NCBI GenBank assembly: GCA_009914755.4
Contig: CP086569.2
Span: 20,544,001 to 20,608,000, forward strand
Source: the human T2T-CHM13v2.0 reference genome, Homo sapiens
Direction of reading: 5' to 3'
DNA length: 64,000 nt
Shown here: positions 23,400 to 41,712 of the stretch, in pieces
How the letters are laid out: the number at the start of each line of letters is the position of its first letter
Numbering within the stretch: position 1 is the first letter of the stretch
Notes under the pieces: generated by a model
Told to the model about the DNA's origin: nothing
The model's database searches: none
What the model saw: only the letters and a program-made list of their open reading frames with translations
Position numbers and translations under genes: made by a program

Positions 23400-24931
23400 A
23401 GCAACACCATAGACAATAGCAGGTAAAAATACCAATGTCAAGTATTAGACAAAAAAATTAATAATACTTTATGCCACCAAAATCCCCAGGATCCAAATCA
23501 AAAGGAGAGCCATTGGGGGAAAGAAATTGTAGAGTCAGAACAAAACTGGACAGAGAAGGAGTTTGACGAATTGACAGAAGTATGGTTCAGAAGGTGGGTA
23601 AGAACAAACTCCTCCAAGCTAAAGGCACATATTCAAACCCAATGCAAGGAAGCTAAGAACCTTGAAAAAAGGTTTAAGGAATTGCTAATTAGAATAACCA
23701 GTTTAGAGAAGAACATAAATGACCTGATGGAGCTGAAAAACACAGCAGGAGAACTTCATGAAGCATACAAAAGTATGAATAACTGAATCATTCAAGTGAA
23801 AGAAAGGGTATCAGTGATTGAAGATCAACTTAATGAAATAAAGCATGAAGACATCATTAAAGAAAAATGAATAGAAAGGAATAAACCTTCAAGAAATATG
23901 AGACTATGTGAAAAGACCAGACCTATGTTTGGTTGGTGTACCTTAAAGTGATGTGGAAAATGGAACCAAGTTGGAAATCACTTCAAAATATTACCCAGGA
24001 GAGCTTCCCCAAACTAGCAAGACAGGCCAGCGTTCAAAATCAGGAAATACAGAGAACATCACAAAGATACTCCTTGAGAAGAGCAACCCCAAGACACATA
24101 GTCTTCAGATTCATCATGGTTGAAATGAAGGAAAAAATGTTAAGGGCAGCCAGAGAGGAAGGTTGAGTTACCCAGAAAGGGAAACACATCAGACCAACAG
24201 TGGATCTCTCTGCAGAAACCTACAAACCGGGGCAGGGGGCGGGGGGGGGGGGGCAATATTCAACATTCTTACAGAAAAGAATTATCAACCCAGAATTTCA
24301 TATCCAGTCAAACTTCATAAGCTTCATAAGCGACAATCCTAAGCAAAAAGAAGAAAACTGGAGGCATCACACTACCTGACTTCAAACTATACTACAAGGC
24401 TATAGTAACCAAAACAGCATGGTACTGGTACCAAAACTGATATATAGACAAAAAGAACAGAACAGAGGCCTCAGAAGTAACACCACACATCTACAATCAT
24501 CTGATCTTTGATAAACCTGACACAAACAAGCAATGTGAAAAAGATTCCCTATTTATAAATGGTGTTGGGAAAACTGGCTAGCCATATGCAGAAACTGGAC
24601 CCCTTCCTCACACCTTATGCAAAAATTAACTCAAGATGGATTAAAGACTTAAACGTAAGATGTACAACCATAAAAATCCTAAAAGAAAACCTGGGCAATA
24701 CCATCAGGACATTGGCATGGGCAAAGTCTTCATATCTAAAACACCTTAAAAAATGACAACAAAAGCTAAAATAGACAAATGGGACCTAATTTAACTAAAG
24801 AGCTTCTGCACAGCCAAAGAAACTATCATCAGAGTGAACAGGCAACTTACAGAATGGGAGAAAATTTTTGCAATTTACCCATCTGACAAAAGGCTAATAT
24901 CCAGCACCTTCAAATAACTTAAGCAACTTTA

Positions 24932-24965
<34 letters not shown>

Positions 24966-25800
24966 ATCAAAAATTGGCCAAAGGAAATGAAAAGACAACT
25001 CTCAATAAAAGACACTTGTGCAGCCAACAAACATATTTAAATAAGCTCATAATCATTGGTCATTAAAGAAATGCAAATCAAAACCACAATGAGATACCAT
25101 CTCATGCCAGTTAGAATGAGGATCATTAAAAGGTCAGGAAACAACAGATACTGGAGAGAATGTGGAGAAATATGAACCCTTTTGCACTGTTGGTGGGAGT
25201 GTAAATTGGTTCAGCCATTATGGAAGACAGTGTCATGATCCCTCAAGGATCTAGAACTAGAGATACAATTTGACCCAGCAATGTCATTACTAGGTATATA
25301 CCCAAAATATTATCATTCCACTATAAACACACATGCTCAAGTATGTTTATTGTGGCCCCGTTCGCAATAGCAAAGACTTGGAACCAACCCAAATGTCCAT
25401 CAATGATAGATTGGATAAAGAAAATGTGGCACATATACACCACGTAATACTATGCAGCCATGAAAAAGGATGAGTTCTTGTACTTTGCAGGACATGAAGC
25501 TGGGAATCATCGTCCTCAGCAAACTGTCACAAAAACAGAAAGTCAAACACCACATGTTCTCACTCATAAGTGGTAGTTGAACAAGAAGAACACAAGGACA
25601 TGGGTAGGGGAACATCACACACTGGGGCCTCTCAGGGTGTCGGGGGCTAGGGGAGGGATAGCATTAGGAGAAATACTTAATGTAGGTGATGGGTTGATTG
25701 GTGCAGCCAATGACCATGGCACGTGTGTGTAACAAAACTGCACGTTCTGCACACGTACATCAGGACTTAGCAACGACAAAAAAAAAAAAAAACTGCCAAA
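23400..25800 (+). mobile_element. LINE-1 (older subfamily), ORF1 region fused by an internal ~3.4 kb deletion to the ORF2 C-terminus and 3'UTR; ends in poly-A
   Basis: ORF1-like (ORFs 23571-23786, 23933-24166: ...LRRATPRHIVFRFIMVEMKEKMLRAAREEG). Junction near 24300-24330 (aacttcataagcttcataagcgac|aatcctaagcaaaaagaagaaaactggaggcatcacactacctgacttcaaactatactacaagg = ORF2 [18 protein letters not shown]). The 3' end ...ggagggatagcattaggagaaatacttaatgtaggtgatgggttgattggtgcagccaa... runs to A16 at ~25777. Confidence 0.8.
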
Positions 25801-27959
25801 AAAAATACAGAAATAGTAGAGTCAGAGATTGCTATTATTTTTTCATCCATATGTTTGTAGGGTTATAGTTTTATTGCCACAACTGTCAGGAATGTGTACA
25901 CAACTTCCACTCTTAATAATGGCACTAGTTGTCCCCTGTGCAGAAGTTAATGTATTTAATGTCACACAATTTTGTAGAATGTAGACATAAGGGACACTTC
26001 AAAGTTCATTAAAGAAATACCTCGGAAGCAGTCATTGAGAGCACATTGTAATTAAGGATTTCTACATGCCACATCATTCTTAATGCCTAGAGATGATACA
26101 AAGACAAATAATCATAACAATGAAAGTCAAGGTGTACTCTCAGAAAATGAAGGTTTCTTGAAAAGACTGTTCACTATTGTTCAGCTGCTTCTGCTGGGCT
26201 TTTGCTTTCCATTGGATTAATGTTCTTAATTATAAAATGAGAGCATGATCCTCCTCCAGCTTCAAGGTAACATCTATGTCATCATCGGACTCAATAGTTC
26301 ATTCCCAATAATTCTAGGTCTTAATATCCCAATCCAGGTTAGTACTTTTGCTCAACAGGGTTACAAAACTCCCAGTAATACAAAATTGGCAGACTAGCTT
26401 CCAAATGTTCTTCTGGAGTTTTGAGCTTATTTAACAAGTTAGACACTAACAAAGACATGGAGGCCCTCATATCCTTGTCTAACTGTAATTCTTCCTCTAA
26501 CTTTCACATCATCACCTCAGCTGCTAACTGTGCTTCTGTGATCACTCACAGCTCAAAAGAACAAGCCCAGTGTTGTCATTGTACAGCCATCTTCCTTTCT
26601 GTGTGCCATTTAGTTTTCTAATAACAAGTGCTCTACATTGCCTGGCATTTTTAGGACAACTCCATACTCATGCAGTGGTCCACTTGCATTTAGAAAATGG
26701 GCAACACCACCCTACCCAGATGATAACGACCCAGAGATTTCCCCTGCTGATCACTTTTTCCACTTGTCCATACATTGGTTCTTAGTTTCCTGCTGGCTAC
26801 CTTGCCAGTTGTCTTGTGAAAAGGCTATATATGTAAAGTAATTCCTAAATGCAGAAGTGGCCTAAAAATGAAGAATCAGGCAGACAAATCCAGGTTGTCA
26901 ATGGGAGTTGATTTTCTAGGGAACTAACAAACAGAACACGGTCTTGGGTGGTTACAAGTCTGGTACTTTGAGGTGCTGTTACCCCCAAACTCAAGTATCA
27001 AACACTATAGGGAAAGTGTCTATGTGCTCTATAAAATTTTGCAGAACGATTAAATATTCAGGAAAAGATAAGAATGCTATATAAAAAATATTCTGCAATT
27101 TTTGCAGTAATATCAGAGTTGTTTGACCTAAGGTCAGGATTTACATTAAGTACATGCAAAAGTAAGTACAGTAGAAATCTTAGACATTTCCTGAGCTGGT
27201 GTTAATCAGAAGTAGACATTGCAGACTAGCATTAAAGATGGAAGAATTTAAGCCTCCACAGTCAGTTTCCTTTTCCTGTGCATAAATGTTATCTCTCCAT
27301 ATAGCAGTCATGGGGTCACTATAAAACTACTAAAGTTCTGGGGACTACTCAATTAGCGAATTGTTCTCTCTTCAACTAAACTCTGTTTAGTTTAATTTGA
27401 GTAAAAGTTTTGTTTTATCAGTGTGGAGTCTGCATATTTTTCCCACATCTGTGTGAACTTTTTACAGGTATTTTTTTTTTCTTACCACATCTCAAAGATG
27501 TGTATTTTAGGTTAATTGTCACGTCTAAACTGTCCCAGTACATGTGTGTGTTTACTTTGTGTGAAAATGGCATCCTATATAGGCTTGGCTCCAACCTTGT
27601 GTTCTAAACTGCTGGAAGAAGCTCTAGCCACTTGCAACCCTGAAGTGAAACAAGTAGAATAAAAACAAATGAAGGAATAATGAGTACAAGTTATTGTAAA
27701 TTAAAAATTTGTGAAGTATAGAATAATCTTCAAAATGCACAATAAACAATGAACAACGAGTATGTAAACAACAATGGGTATGTAAGCACTCAGCAAGACC
27801 ACCACACTTGCTATTGTTTGTTTTTGAACTACACAGTAGTAGGAGGTGATCATTATAATGTTTACTTTGTGAACATTATTTCATTTATTTAATCTACCAC
27901 TACTATAATTACTATCACCCGCTGGTTTACCAAAAGTCTGATAATAAGTATCTTGTAGG

Positions 27960-30907
<2,948 letters not shown>

Positions 30908-30916
30908 ACACACATT

Positions 30917-33900
30917 GGCTCCAAACAAAGAGATGAAGAAAAATTTACTAAGCAAATGGAAAGCAGAAAAAAGCAAGGTTGAAATGATAGTTTCTGACAA
31001 AATGAACTTTAAAACAACAAAGATCAAAAAAGACAAAGGGCATTACTTAATAGTAAAAGGATTAATTCCATAAGAACAGTTCCGTACCCTAAATATATAG
31101 GTACCCAATACAGGAACACGTAGATTTATAAAACAAGTTCTTATGGACCTAAAAAAAGACTTAGACTCTCACACAATAATATTGGGAGATTTTAACACCA
31201 CATTGTCAGTGTCAGACAGATCATTGAGAAGGAAATTAACAAGGATATTTAGGACTTGAACTTGGCTCTAGATCAAGTGGACCTGATACAAATCTACAGG
31301 ACTCTCCACCCAAAAATAATAGAATGTACATTTTTCTTACTCCACATGGCACTTACTCTAAAATTGATCACATACTTAGAAGTAAAACACTCTTCAGCAA
31401 ATGAAAAATAACTGAAATCATAAAAAACAGTCTTTCAGACCATGGCACAATAAAATAAGAACTCAGGGACTCACTCAAAAGCACACAACTACACGGAAAT
31501 TAGACAACCTCCTTCTGAATATGATTCCTGGGTAAATAATGAAATTAAGGCAGTAATCAAGAAGTTATGTGAAACTAGTGAGAACAAAGAGACAATGTAC
31601 TTGAATCTCTGGGACACAGCTAAAGCAGTGTTAAGAGGAAAACTTATAGGACTAAAATGCCCACATCAGAATGTTAGAAAGATCTCAAATTGACACCCTA
31701 ACATCTCAACTAACAGAAGGAGTGAACAAACATCAAACAAATGCCAAAGCTAACAGAAGGCAAGAAATAAGGATCAGAGTGTAACTGAAGGACATAGAGA
31801 CACAAAAAACCCTTTAATAAAATCAATGAATCCAGCAAGGTTTTTTTTTTGAAATCTTAATAAAATAGACAGACTGCTAGTTAGACTAATCAAGAGGAAA
31901 TGAGAGAATAAAAAACATACAATAAAAATGATAAAAAAGATAATTACCACTGACCCCATAAAAAAACACAAAAACCATCAAAAATACCATAAATACCTCT
32001 ATGCCAATGAACCAGAAAATCTGGAAGAAATTGATACATTCCTGGACACATACACCTTCCCAAGACTGAACCAGAAAGAGGCTGAATGCATGAATAGACC
32101 AACAAGAAATTCTGAAGTTGAGGCAGTAACAAATAGTCTACCAAAGAAAAAAAGTCTAGGACCAGGGGAATTTACAGATGAATTCTATAAGAGGTACAAG
32201 GAGGAGCTGGTACCATTTCTTTTGAGACTATTTCAAATAATTGAAAAGGAGAGACTCCTCCCTACATCATTTTATCAGGTCGGCATCATCCGGATAACAA
32301 AATGTGGCAGAGGTACAACATAAAAAGAAAACTTCATGCCAATATCCCTGATGAACATTAGTACAAAAATCCTCAATAAAATACCAGTGAACTAAATTCA
32401 GCAAGGACATCAAAAAGCTTATACACCACAATCAAATTGGCTTCATCCAGTGATACAAGGCTAGCTCAACATACACAAATCAATCAATGTAATTCATCAT
32501 ATAAACAGAACCAAAAACAAAAACCATGATTATCTTAATTGATGCAGAAAAAGCCTTTGATAAAATCAATGTACATTCATGTTAAAAACTCTGAATAAAC
32601 TAGGTATTGAAATGTACCTGAAAATAATAAACCTCTTATGAGAAATCCACAGCCAATATCATATTGAACAGACAATAGCTAGAAGCATTCCCCTTGAAAA
32701 CCAGCACAAGACAAGGATGCCCTCTCTTACCACTCTTTTTCAACATAGTACTGAAAGTGCTGGTGAGAGCAATCAGGCAAGAGAAGGACATAAACCATAT
32801 TGCAATAGGAAGAGAGGAAGTCAAACTGTCTCTGTTTGCAGACGACATGATCCTTTATCTTGAAACCCCATTATCTCAGCCCAAAAGTTTCTTAAACTGA
32901 TAATGAACTTTAGCAAATTCTCAGGATAGAAAATCAACGTGCAAAAATCACAAGCATTCCTATACACTAACAAAAGGCAAGCTGAAAGCCAAATCATTAA
33001 TGAACTCCCATTCACAATTGCTACAAAGAGAATAAAATACCTAGGAATATAGTTAACAAGGAAAATAAAGGACCTCTTCAAAGAGAAGTATAAACCACTG
33101 CTCAAGGAAATCAGAGGACACAAACAAATGGAAAAACATTCCAGCTCATAAATAGTATCAATATCATGAAAATTGCCATACTGCCCAAAGTAATTTACAG
33201 ATTCAATGTTATTCCCATAAAACTACTTGTGGTATTCTTCACAGAATTAAAACAAAAACTTTAAAATTCATATGGAACCAAAAAAGAGCCTTTAGAGCTA
33301 AGACAATCCTCAGCAAAAAGAACAAAGATGAAGGAATCCTGCCTTCTGCCTTCAAACAATATTACAGGATTACAGTAATGAAAACAGCATGATACTAATA
33401 CAAAAAAAAGACACATAGACTTTGGAGCAAAATAGAGATCTCAGAAATAAGACCACACATCTTTAACCATCTGATCTTCGACAACCCTGACCAAAAAACA
33501 GCAATAAGGAATGGATACTCTATTTAATAATGCCTGGAAAACTGGTTAGCCATATGCAGAAAATTGAAACTGGACTCCTTCTTTACACCTCATACAAAAA
33601 TTAACTCAAGATGCATTAAAGACTTCAATGTAAAATAAAAAATTATAAAATTCCTAGAAGAAAATCTAGGCAATACCATTCAGGACATAAGCATGGCCAA
33701 AGGTTTCATGAGGAAATCACCAAAAGCAATTGCCACAAAAGTAAAAATTGACAAATGGGATCTAATTATACTAAAGAGCTTCTGCACAGCAAAAGAAACT
33801 ATCATCAGAGTGAACAGACAAACTACAGAATGGAAGAAAATGTTTACAATCTATCCATCTGACAAAGGTCTACTAACCAGAATCTGCAAAGAACTTAAGC

Positions 33901-34790
33901 AAATTTACAAGAAAAAAACAACCTGGTTAAAAAGAGGGCAAAGGACATGAACATACACTTTTCAAAAGAAGACATTCATGTGGCCAATAATGAAAATAAG
34001 CTCAAAATCACTGATTACTGGAGAAATGCAAATCAAAACCACAATGAGATACCACCTCACACCAGTCAGAATTGCGATGATTAAAGTCAAGAAACAACAG
34101 ATGCCAGTGAGGCTGTGGATAAATAGGAATATATTTACACTGTTGGTGGGAATTTAAATAATTCCAACCATTGTGGAAGATAGTATAGCAATTTTAAAGA
34201 CCTAGAACCAGAAATACTATTTGACCCAGCAATCTCATTCCTGGGTATATATGCAAAGGGATATAAATCTTTCTGTTATAAAGATACATGCAACTGTATG
34301 TTCAACGCGGAACTATTCACAATAGCAAAGACATATAACCAATCCAAATGCCCATCAATGATAGACTGGATAAAGATAATGTGGTACATATACACAAAGG
34401 AATACTATGCAGTCATAAAAAGGAATGAGATCATGTCTTTGCAGTGACATAGACAGAGCTTGAAGCCATTGTCCTTAGAAGACTAACACAGGAACAGAAA
34501 TCCATTTAAATACTGCATGTTCTCATTTATAAGTGGGAGCTGAAAAATGAGATCATATGGACACAAGGAGGGGAAAAATGCACACTAGGTCCTGTCATGG
34601 ATACTGGGGAAGGGAGAGCATCAGGAAAAAGAGCTAATGCATGCAGAGCTTAATACCTAGGTGATGGGTTAATATGTGCAGGAACCCCCATGGCACTCAT
34701 TTACTTATGTAACAAACCTCCAGGTCCTGCACATGTATCCTAGAACTTAAAATTAAATTAAACATATATATATATGTGTTTGTGTGTGTA
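30917..34790 (+). mobile_element. Older LINE-1, continuation after the nested insertion: ORF2 EN, RT (FADD near 32830), C-terminus and 3'UTR
   Basis: It resumes with the native L1 sequence duplicated as a TSD (agacacacat). ORFs 31928-32323 ([56 protein letters not shown]) and 32694-32900 ([32 protein letters not shown]...[15 protein letters not shown]) are L1 RT. The 3' end lies before the (TA)n at ~34764. Confidence 0.8.
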
Positions 34791-34808
34791 TAAATATATA
34801 TATATGTT
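34764..34808. repeat. (TA)n/(TG)n compound microsatellite
   Basis: atatatatatatgtgtttgtgtgtgtataaatatatatatatg. Confidence 0.7.
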
Positions 34809-34855
34809 GATTTTTAAAATTAATCTTAAATGTACACAAGAGCTCACATTTATTT

Positions 34856-35152
34856 GAGTTTTGTTTTGTTTTGTTTTGTTTGGAGATGGAGTCTCACTCT
34901 GTCGCCGAAGCTGGAGTACAGTGGTATGGTCTTGGCTCACTGCAACACCCGCCTCCCTTGTTCAAGTGATTCTCCTGCCTCAGTCTCCCAAGCATCTGGG
35001 ATTACAGGCGCATGCCACCATGCCAGACTAATTGTTTGTATTTTCAGTAGAGACAGGGTTTCACCATGTTAGTCAGGATAGTCTAAATCTCCTGACCTCG
35101 TGATCTACCCACCTTGGCCTCCCAAAGTGCTGGGATCAGAGGCATGAGCTAC
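34856..35152 (-). mobile_element. Alu with a (CAAAA)n-type tail, shown as (ttttg)n on the plus strand; 5'-truncated by ~15 bp
   Basis: ttttgttttgttttgtttggagatggagtctcactctgtcgccgaagctggagtacagtgg...cctcccaaagtgctgggatcagaggcatgagctac. Confidence 0.85.
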
Positions 35153-35899
35153 TATTTTAGTTTTTAATAGCAGAAGTATTCCGCATTTTTTGTTTGAATA
35201 TTGGTGATGTTTCTGTGACTAGGACAATTCCATGGAATCCTGTCTTGTTTATATCAGTTAGGCTATGGTAAAACTGGTTAAATTATACTTCCTTTTCTTT
35301 AAAGTTACATTTTTGAAATCTATTGATAAATTAAGTGAAGACTTAGTGTATGTAAATCTTTTTAAAATATAAAGGACTGTCTTGTAAGCTTTTCAAGCAA
35401 CGAATGTTCTTCTCAAGGACCTGAGACACAGCTCTTTAAAATAACATCATCAAGGAAGACAAAACCCCTATCTTTCAACTTTGCAAAACCTTATTTCCAG
35501 TAGGTACCTCACTTTGAGAATATCTTAAAGATATATATATTTTTTTCTCTATATAAAGTCAGTAAGCAAACACAGATGGCGACCCTCATTCCAAGGAGAA
35601 TTTATAATATATTATGTGTGACAAAAGCTTCTCTCAAGTTCTTATTTAAAATCAGTAATTATCTCAAAAATCAGTATATAACAGGTTTTCTGTGACTGGT
35701 TATTTGAAAGAATGCATTTTCTTCTACCAAATCTCATAAATGGATTGCCTCTGATGTGTATCACATTAGAATTGAATGCATATTAAAATATAAAACCTTT
35801 TTCCTTCTCTACTTTCGTAAAGAGATTTCTGGGTTGGCAGGATATTTTATGTTTAATTACCTTTTACCGAAACCAACTGCTCTTCAAAAGAAGCTACTT

Positions 35900-36365
35900 T
35901 CTAGATGAAGAGAAGGCTTATCTGACCTGAAGTCCCCTGCAAGGGAGACATAGATCTAGCACCATCAGGTGTCAGGGAAGACAGAAACATACAACAGGCT
36001 AAACTGTGTTTCCTGCAAATCCTTATGTCAGATGCCTCACATCTAGAACCTCAAAATGTGCCTTTTTTTTTTTTGTAGACTGTGCCTTTACTCAGAGAAT
36101 TAAGGTAAAATGATGATGGCAGATGGATGTCTCCTAACCTAGTATAACTGATGTCTTTAGGAATACAGAAGAATGCGACTCTAACAACAAATAAAAAGAA
36201 GGATGTTCATATGAAGAGCCAGAAAGAAGGATGTCATCTAAAATTTGAGAAACTAAATCTGCCATCTTGTTTTTTGGGTTTCTGGCCTCCAGAACTGTAA
36301 GAGAGTATATGTTATTTAAGTCATCCCGAAGGTGATATTTTGTTATGGAAGTCTAGATAGAGTAA
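35900..36365 (+). mobile_element. Possible MaLR (MLT1/MST-like) LTR fragment
   Basis: 3'-terminal motif gccatcttg...ctggcctccagaactgtaagag...ttatttaagtcatcc..gtgatattttgttatggaag...agtaatac resembles MaLR LTR 3' ends; highly diverged. Confidence 0.3.
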
Positions 36366-36846
36366 TACAATCATATACTAGTTTTTTTTAAGAGGCTTAC
36401 TATGTTTTTATACATAGATCCCACAGGAAAGGAAGCTGAGAAAGAACTATGCTTAGTTTGACAAGTCACACCATTCCCTGATGATTTCCAAGAAACTTCT
36501 CTATACCCTCCAATCACTGACTGACCTGTAGCTCCCTGATGTTTCAGAGGCAACATAAATACATTCCAAGAAAGCAATATGGAATACTGAGTATCACTTT
36601 GTCTCTTTATTTAAAAAACAGTAGCAGAAGAGAGACACTTAAGAAAAAATTACCTCAGGATCAGAAAACTTAACTCTCTTCCAGTCTTAGCAAAATCTGT
36701 TCCTAAAGTCCTAATAAATAATCAGGTATTGCCATAGGAATTGCTGGTCATTGCTTCAAAAATGTTACAAAGCTATACTGTCTTATCAGCCACCTACTCT
36801 CCTAAACTTGGACATTTGGCTGGAGTGCCCATGAGGCATCCTAAAG

Positions 36847-37625
36847 CAGTGGTCCCCAACCAATTTTGTGGAAGACAATTTTTCCATGAACAGATGGTGC
36901 AAGGGGGTGACTGGTTTCCAGATGAAACTGTTTCACCCCCAGGCCCTGGCAACCACTATTCTACTCTTGGTTTTTATGAGTTTTGACTTTTTTAGATCTC
37001 TCATATATATGAGATCATGCAGTATTTGTCTTTTTCTGCCTGGCTTATTTCCCTTAGCATAATGTCCTCCAAGGTTCATTTATGTTGTGGCAAATGACAG
37101 AATTTCTTTCCTTTTTAAGGCTGAATAATATTTGATTGTATGTATATACTACATTTAAAAAGTCCATTCATTTGTCAGTAGACACTTGGGTTGATTCCAT
37201 ATTTTTGCTATTGCAAATAATGTTGCAATGAACATGGAGGTGCAGATATCTCTTCAAAATACTGACTTCATTTCCTTTGGTTATACAGGAAGGAGTAGGA
37301 TTGCTGGGTTATATATATAATAGTTCTATTTTAAATTTTTTGAGGAAACTCTATACTGTTTTCTATAATGGCTGCACAGTTTACATCCCTACCAACAGCG
37401 TATGAGGGTTCTCCTTTTTTTTTTTTTTTATGTGTTAGAGTCCCATAAAGGGCTTAGAATGCAGATCCCTGACATGTGCAATTAATAGGGTTTATGCTCC
37501 TTTGAGAATCAAATGCCGCTGCTGATCCCACAAAATGCAGAGCTCTGGGAGCAATGCAGGAAGGTCACTTATTTTTGTGCAGCCTGATTTCTAACAGGCC
37601 ATAAACTGGTGGTTGGGAACCCCTG
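36847..37625 (+). mobile_element. Non-autonomous hAT-like DNA transposon (palindromic, MER/Charlie-type) split by a nested L1 fragment
   Basis: Terminal inverted repeats cagtggtccccaacc...ggttgggaacccctg. Internal matches to the known element (gtggaagacaatttttccat..gatgaaactgtt ... cattagg/gagaatcaaatgccgctgctgatc...cctaacaggccataaactggtggttgggaacccctg). The family name is uncertain. Confidence 0.55.
36978..37412 (-). mobile_element. LINE-1 3' fragment (ORF2 C-terminus/3'UTR) nested inside the DNA transposon
   Basis: Reverse complement of gagatcatgcagtatttgtctttttctgcctggcttatttcccttagcataatgtcctccaaggttcatt... is the L1 3' region (...ATWMELE..IMLSEISQ...). Flanked by T-runs (36975-36990 and T15 at 37413-37428). 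Confidence 0.6.
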
Positions 37626-40616
37626 TCCTAGAGGACCACAAGCCCTCCCAAGCCATTTGAATCACCTTTGCATCTCAATCAGTTTGTCAAGAGACTTAGA
37701 GTCACCTTATTCATAGAATCTGTAATCTGTGGCCATTACTGCCATCACTAAACATCTGGTCTTCTATGAAGCCCTAAAGACCACAATTCTAGTGTGCAAG
37801 CCACAAGTATAAAAAAAGCCAAACACCAACTCAGCACAAAAGAGGCTCCAATATCTGCTGAAGTGCATGATTATCAACCTTGATCAGGTCCTTTTCAAAG
37901 AGCAACCACAGCCCAAGAAAAACTCACAATCAATGACTGTGACTGCAGCAATGTCAGGGAAATGTCTCCAATCTCAACCAACAACACAGACTTGAACTCC
38001 AGTGTCAACTCAAGAAATAAGACCTCCCAGTCTTAACACCTGGCTAACCCTAAAAGTCAGGCTTTCTACTGTTGCATCTCAGATCGACAATACTCATCTA
38101 TAAATGTTTGAAGCCACTAGGGTAAGGCATAGAAAATCTTGAAGAAGAGTCAAACCAAAAGCAAAGCCACATTAACAGGCTTTGGTGTCAAAACTAGACA
38201 GAAAATGTCTATTTTCCAAATGACCCAGAGGAGTGTATTAAATATCTAAGTACACTGGACCAGATGGACAAAGCAGTGAAGGTACCCTCTGTGGTATGGA
38301 ACAAAGAGTTTTCAGTGCAAACTGGTCTATCTCCTCCAACAGTCACCCAACACACAGTTCTATTCAAACAGCAGACGGTCCAGAGTATGAATGACAGTCA
38401 TACTCTGCTGGAGCAGGAGCAGGAGGACATGGTCTGCAATAACAAAAATGGAAAAAAAAAACATACCTTCAGGACAAAAGGCAGAATGTCATACAAGTTA
38501 GTGATAAAAATGGGAGAGGATGAAGAAGAGAATCAGGAAGAGAATACACAACCAAAATTTCCCTTTTTTGGATGGTAGAAGCTGCCTCTGAACCACCTGC
38601 AGGTCATGGAGATATATATCAATATATAATAAACTATTATCTTGCCTTAATCAGCCTTTACCACATGAATATCTCAGGGTTCTAGAGTACACTAACTGCA
38701 GTGTTATTGCTTAGATATTCAGGAAAACCATTTTGTGTGGGAAATAACTGGTTTCCACACTCAGCACAGCTACTAGAGTGAGATACAGGATCTAAGTTAT
38801 TTCTAGGCTGTTCTAAACTTATTTTAATTATGAAATCATATAACCCTACCTCTCATAGACTATCACTTTATTCTTTGCAGACACATCTATAATTATACAA
38901 TGGGAGAACATTAGCTTGGTAGTCAGGAAATATAATTCTGACATTTTGTATTATTACTTTTTTCCTTCAACCTGCACAAATACTGCATGGAGCTGAGTGG
39001 CTTCCTCCATCTAAACAATTGTCTATTCCACAGCACTGTTTCTTCCATAGCCGGAGGGGAATGAGAAAGTACAATGTCAACAAAACACAGAAGTTTAGGG
39101 ATGATGAGATTCTAATGGAGTTGGAAAGAAGGCTTTGGAAAAGTAAAAATGGAAACTGACTTGGTATTGACCTAGCAGGGGTGGAGGAGTTCTGATGAGA
39201 GATTAGCAACCCATGGTTTTATTTTTTACAGACATAAAGTGTTGCCATTTTATTTCCCAGTTTTGAGTAAGCCTCCACTTTCCCTCATCTGGAACATACT
39301 TTCAAATAATGAGCTGGCTTGATCCTAAATCAAAACCACATTTGACCCTCTCCCACATTGTACTATAAATTTGGTTATACTTTCTTTCTCCCAGTGGCCC
39401 CTCCTTGTTATTTATCATAAAAAAACTATTTTCTGGCTCATTTTCTCTAGCACCTGTACATCATTTATAGCATAGGCTATCTACTTATCTTCCTGACATT
39501 TTTTTTTTTCCCAAATAGCCACATAGGCCTTGTCTCAGAGGAAAAATGGTTAGAACTTTCCTGACCTGTTACCAATCACACTCTAGTAAGAAACAAAGAT
39601 GCTGGAAGTATGGACAATTTTCATCAGCATTACTTGATGTCACTCAGAAAAAAAAAAAAAAAAAAAACTCTCAATCTTCCTAGGAACTACCTGGCAAGGT
39701 GCAATAACCTGGTAGGTATGGGGATTAAATGAGCTCCATGTCTGTTAGAAACTAAGATATAAACCACATATTGCTTAGGCCTACATTGAATCATCAATAT
39801 CACTATTTACACTCTCTACATCTTTTCCAGTGGAAAGGTATTCATTGCAGTAACACTCATAGAACTGTTATCACATGTAACACTGCCTCCTTCTGAAACC
39901 ACCTGGAGGACTTCTCTGAAGCTGTCTTCCAGTTTATGCTTAGCAGCACAGTGTGTTTTTACATTAATGTTATGTGAAAAATAAATTGCTACCTCACAAT
40001 AAGTATGATGTCACTAGGCAACAAAATTTTTTCAGTTCCATTATAGTCATATGAAATTACCATGGTATATGCTGTCAGCCATTGACCTATATTTAGCCAT
40101 TTGACACACGACTGTATTTCAAAGTATTAACTTCATAGGATCAGAAGGTGTTAGGCAACCACTGTGTAAGGGGTCTTGAAAAAACTTACCACTCCTGCAC
40201 CACTACCAGCCCTCTGACCCAGAAGGCTCAAAGACTTATTCAAAAGTTTCCTTGAGACCCTCGTTAGCTTCTAACAGCCCAGATGTAGCATTAGGGGAAA
40301 GCTGCAGGCAAGCCAACCAGCAATAACCTGCTAGTCACAGTGGGGCCAAAATGCTTCCACTACTCCCTCTCATGGAGAACCTGAGGTAGATATGTATTCA
40401 CACGGATCATACAACTAGCCCTCCCTACTGCTTATCAGATTCTGCAAAATTAGTGGCTTTGGCCTGAGAACCTAACACCTAAACTCAGGACCCTCACAGT
40501 CTTCTGTCATAGGTAGAGCTCAGCTCAACACTAGGCCAAACCTCCTGCCCAACCCTAACATTTCAAAATGCACTGATACTCTACACACAGGTCACTGGCC
40601 CAGCAATCTTTTTTCT

Positions 40617-41712
<1,096 letters not shown>

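Noticed and set aside
38264-38578. 104-aa plus-strand ORF in a repeat-free stretch as a possible exon or gene
   Set aside because: No splice-site context or codon-bias signal that I can judge. It ends in a low-complexity acidic tail (EDEEENQEEN) next to an A9 run and resembles nothing I recognise. Treated as a chance ORF.
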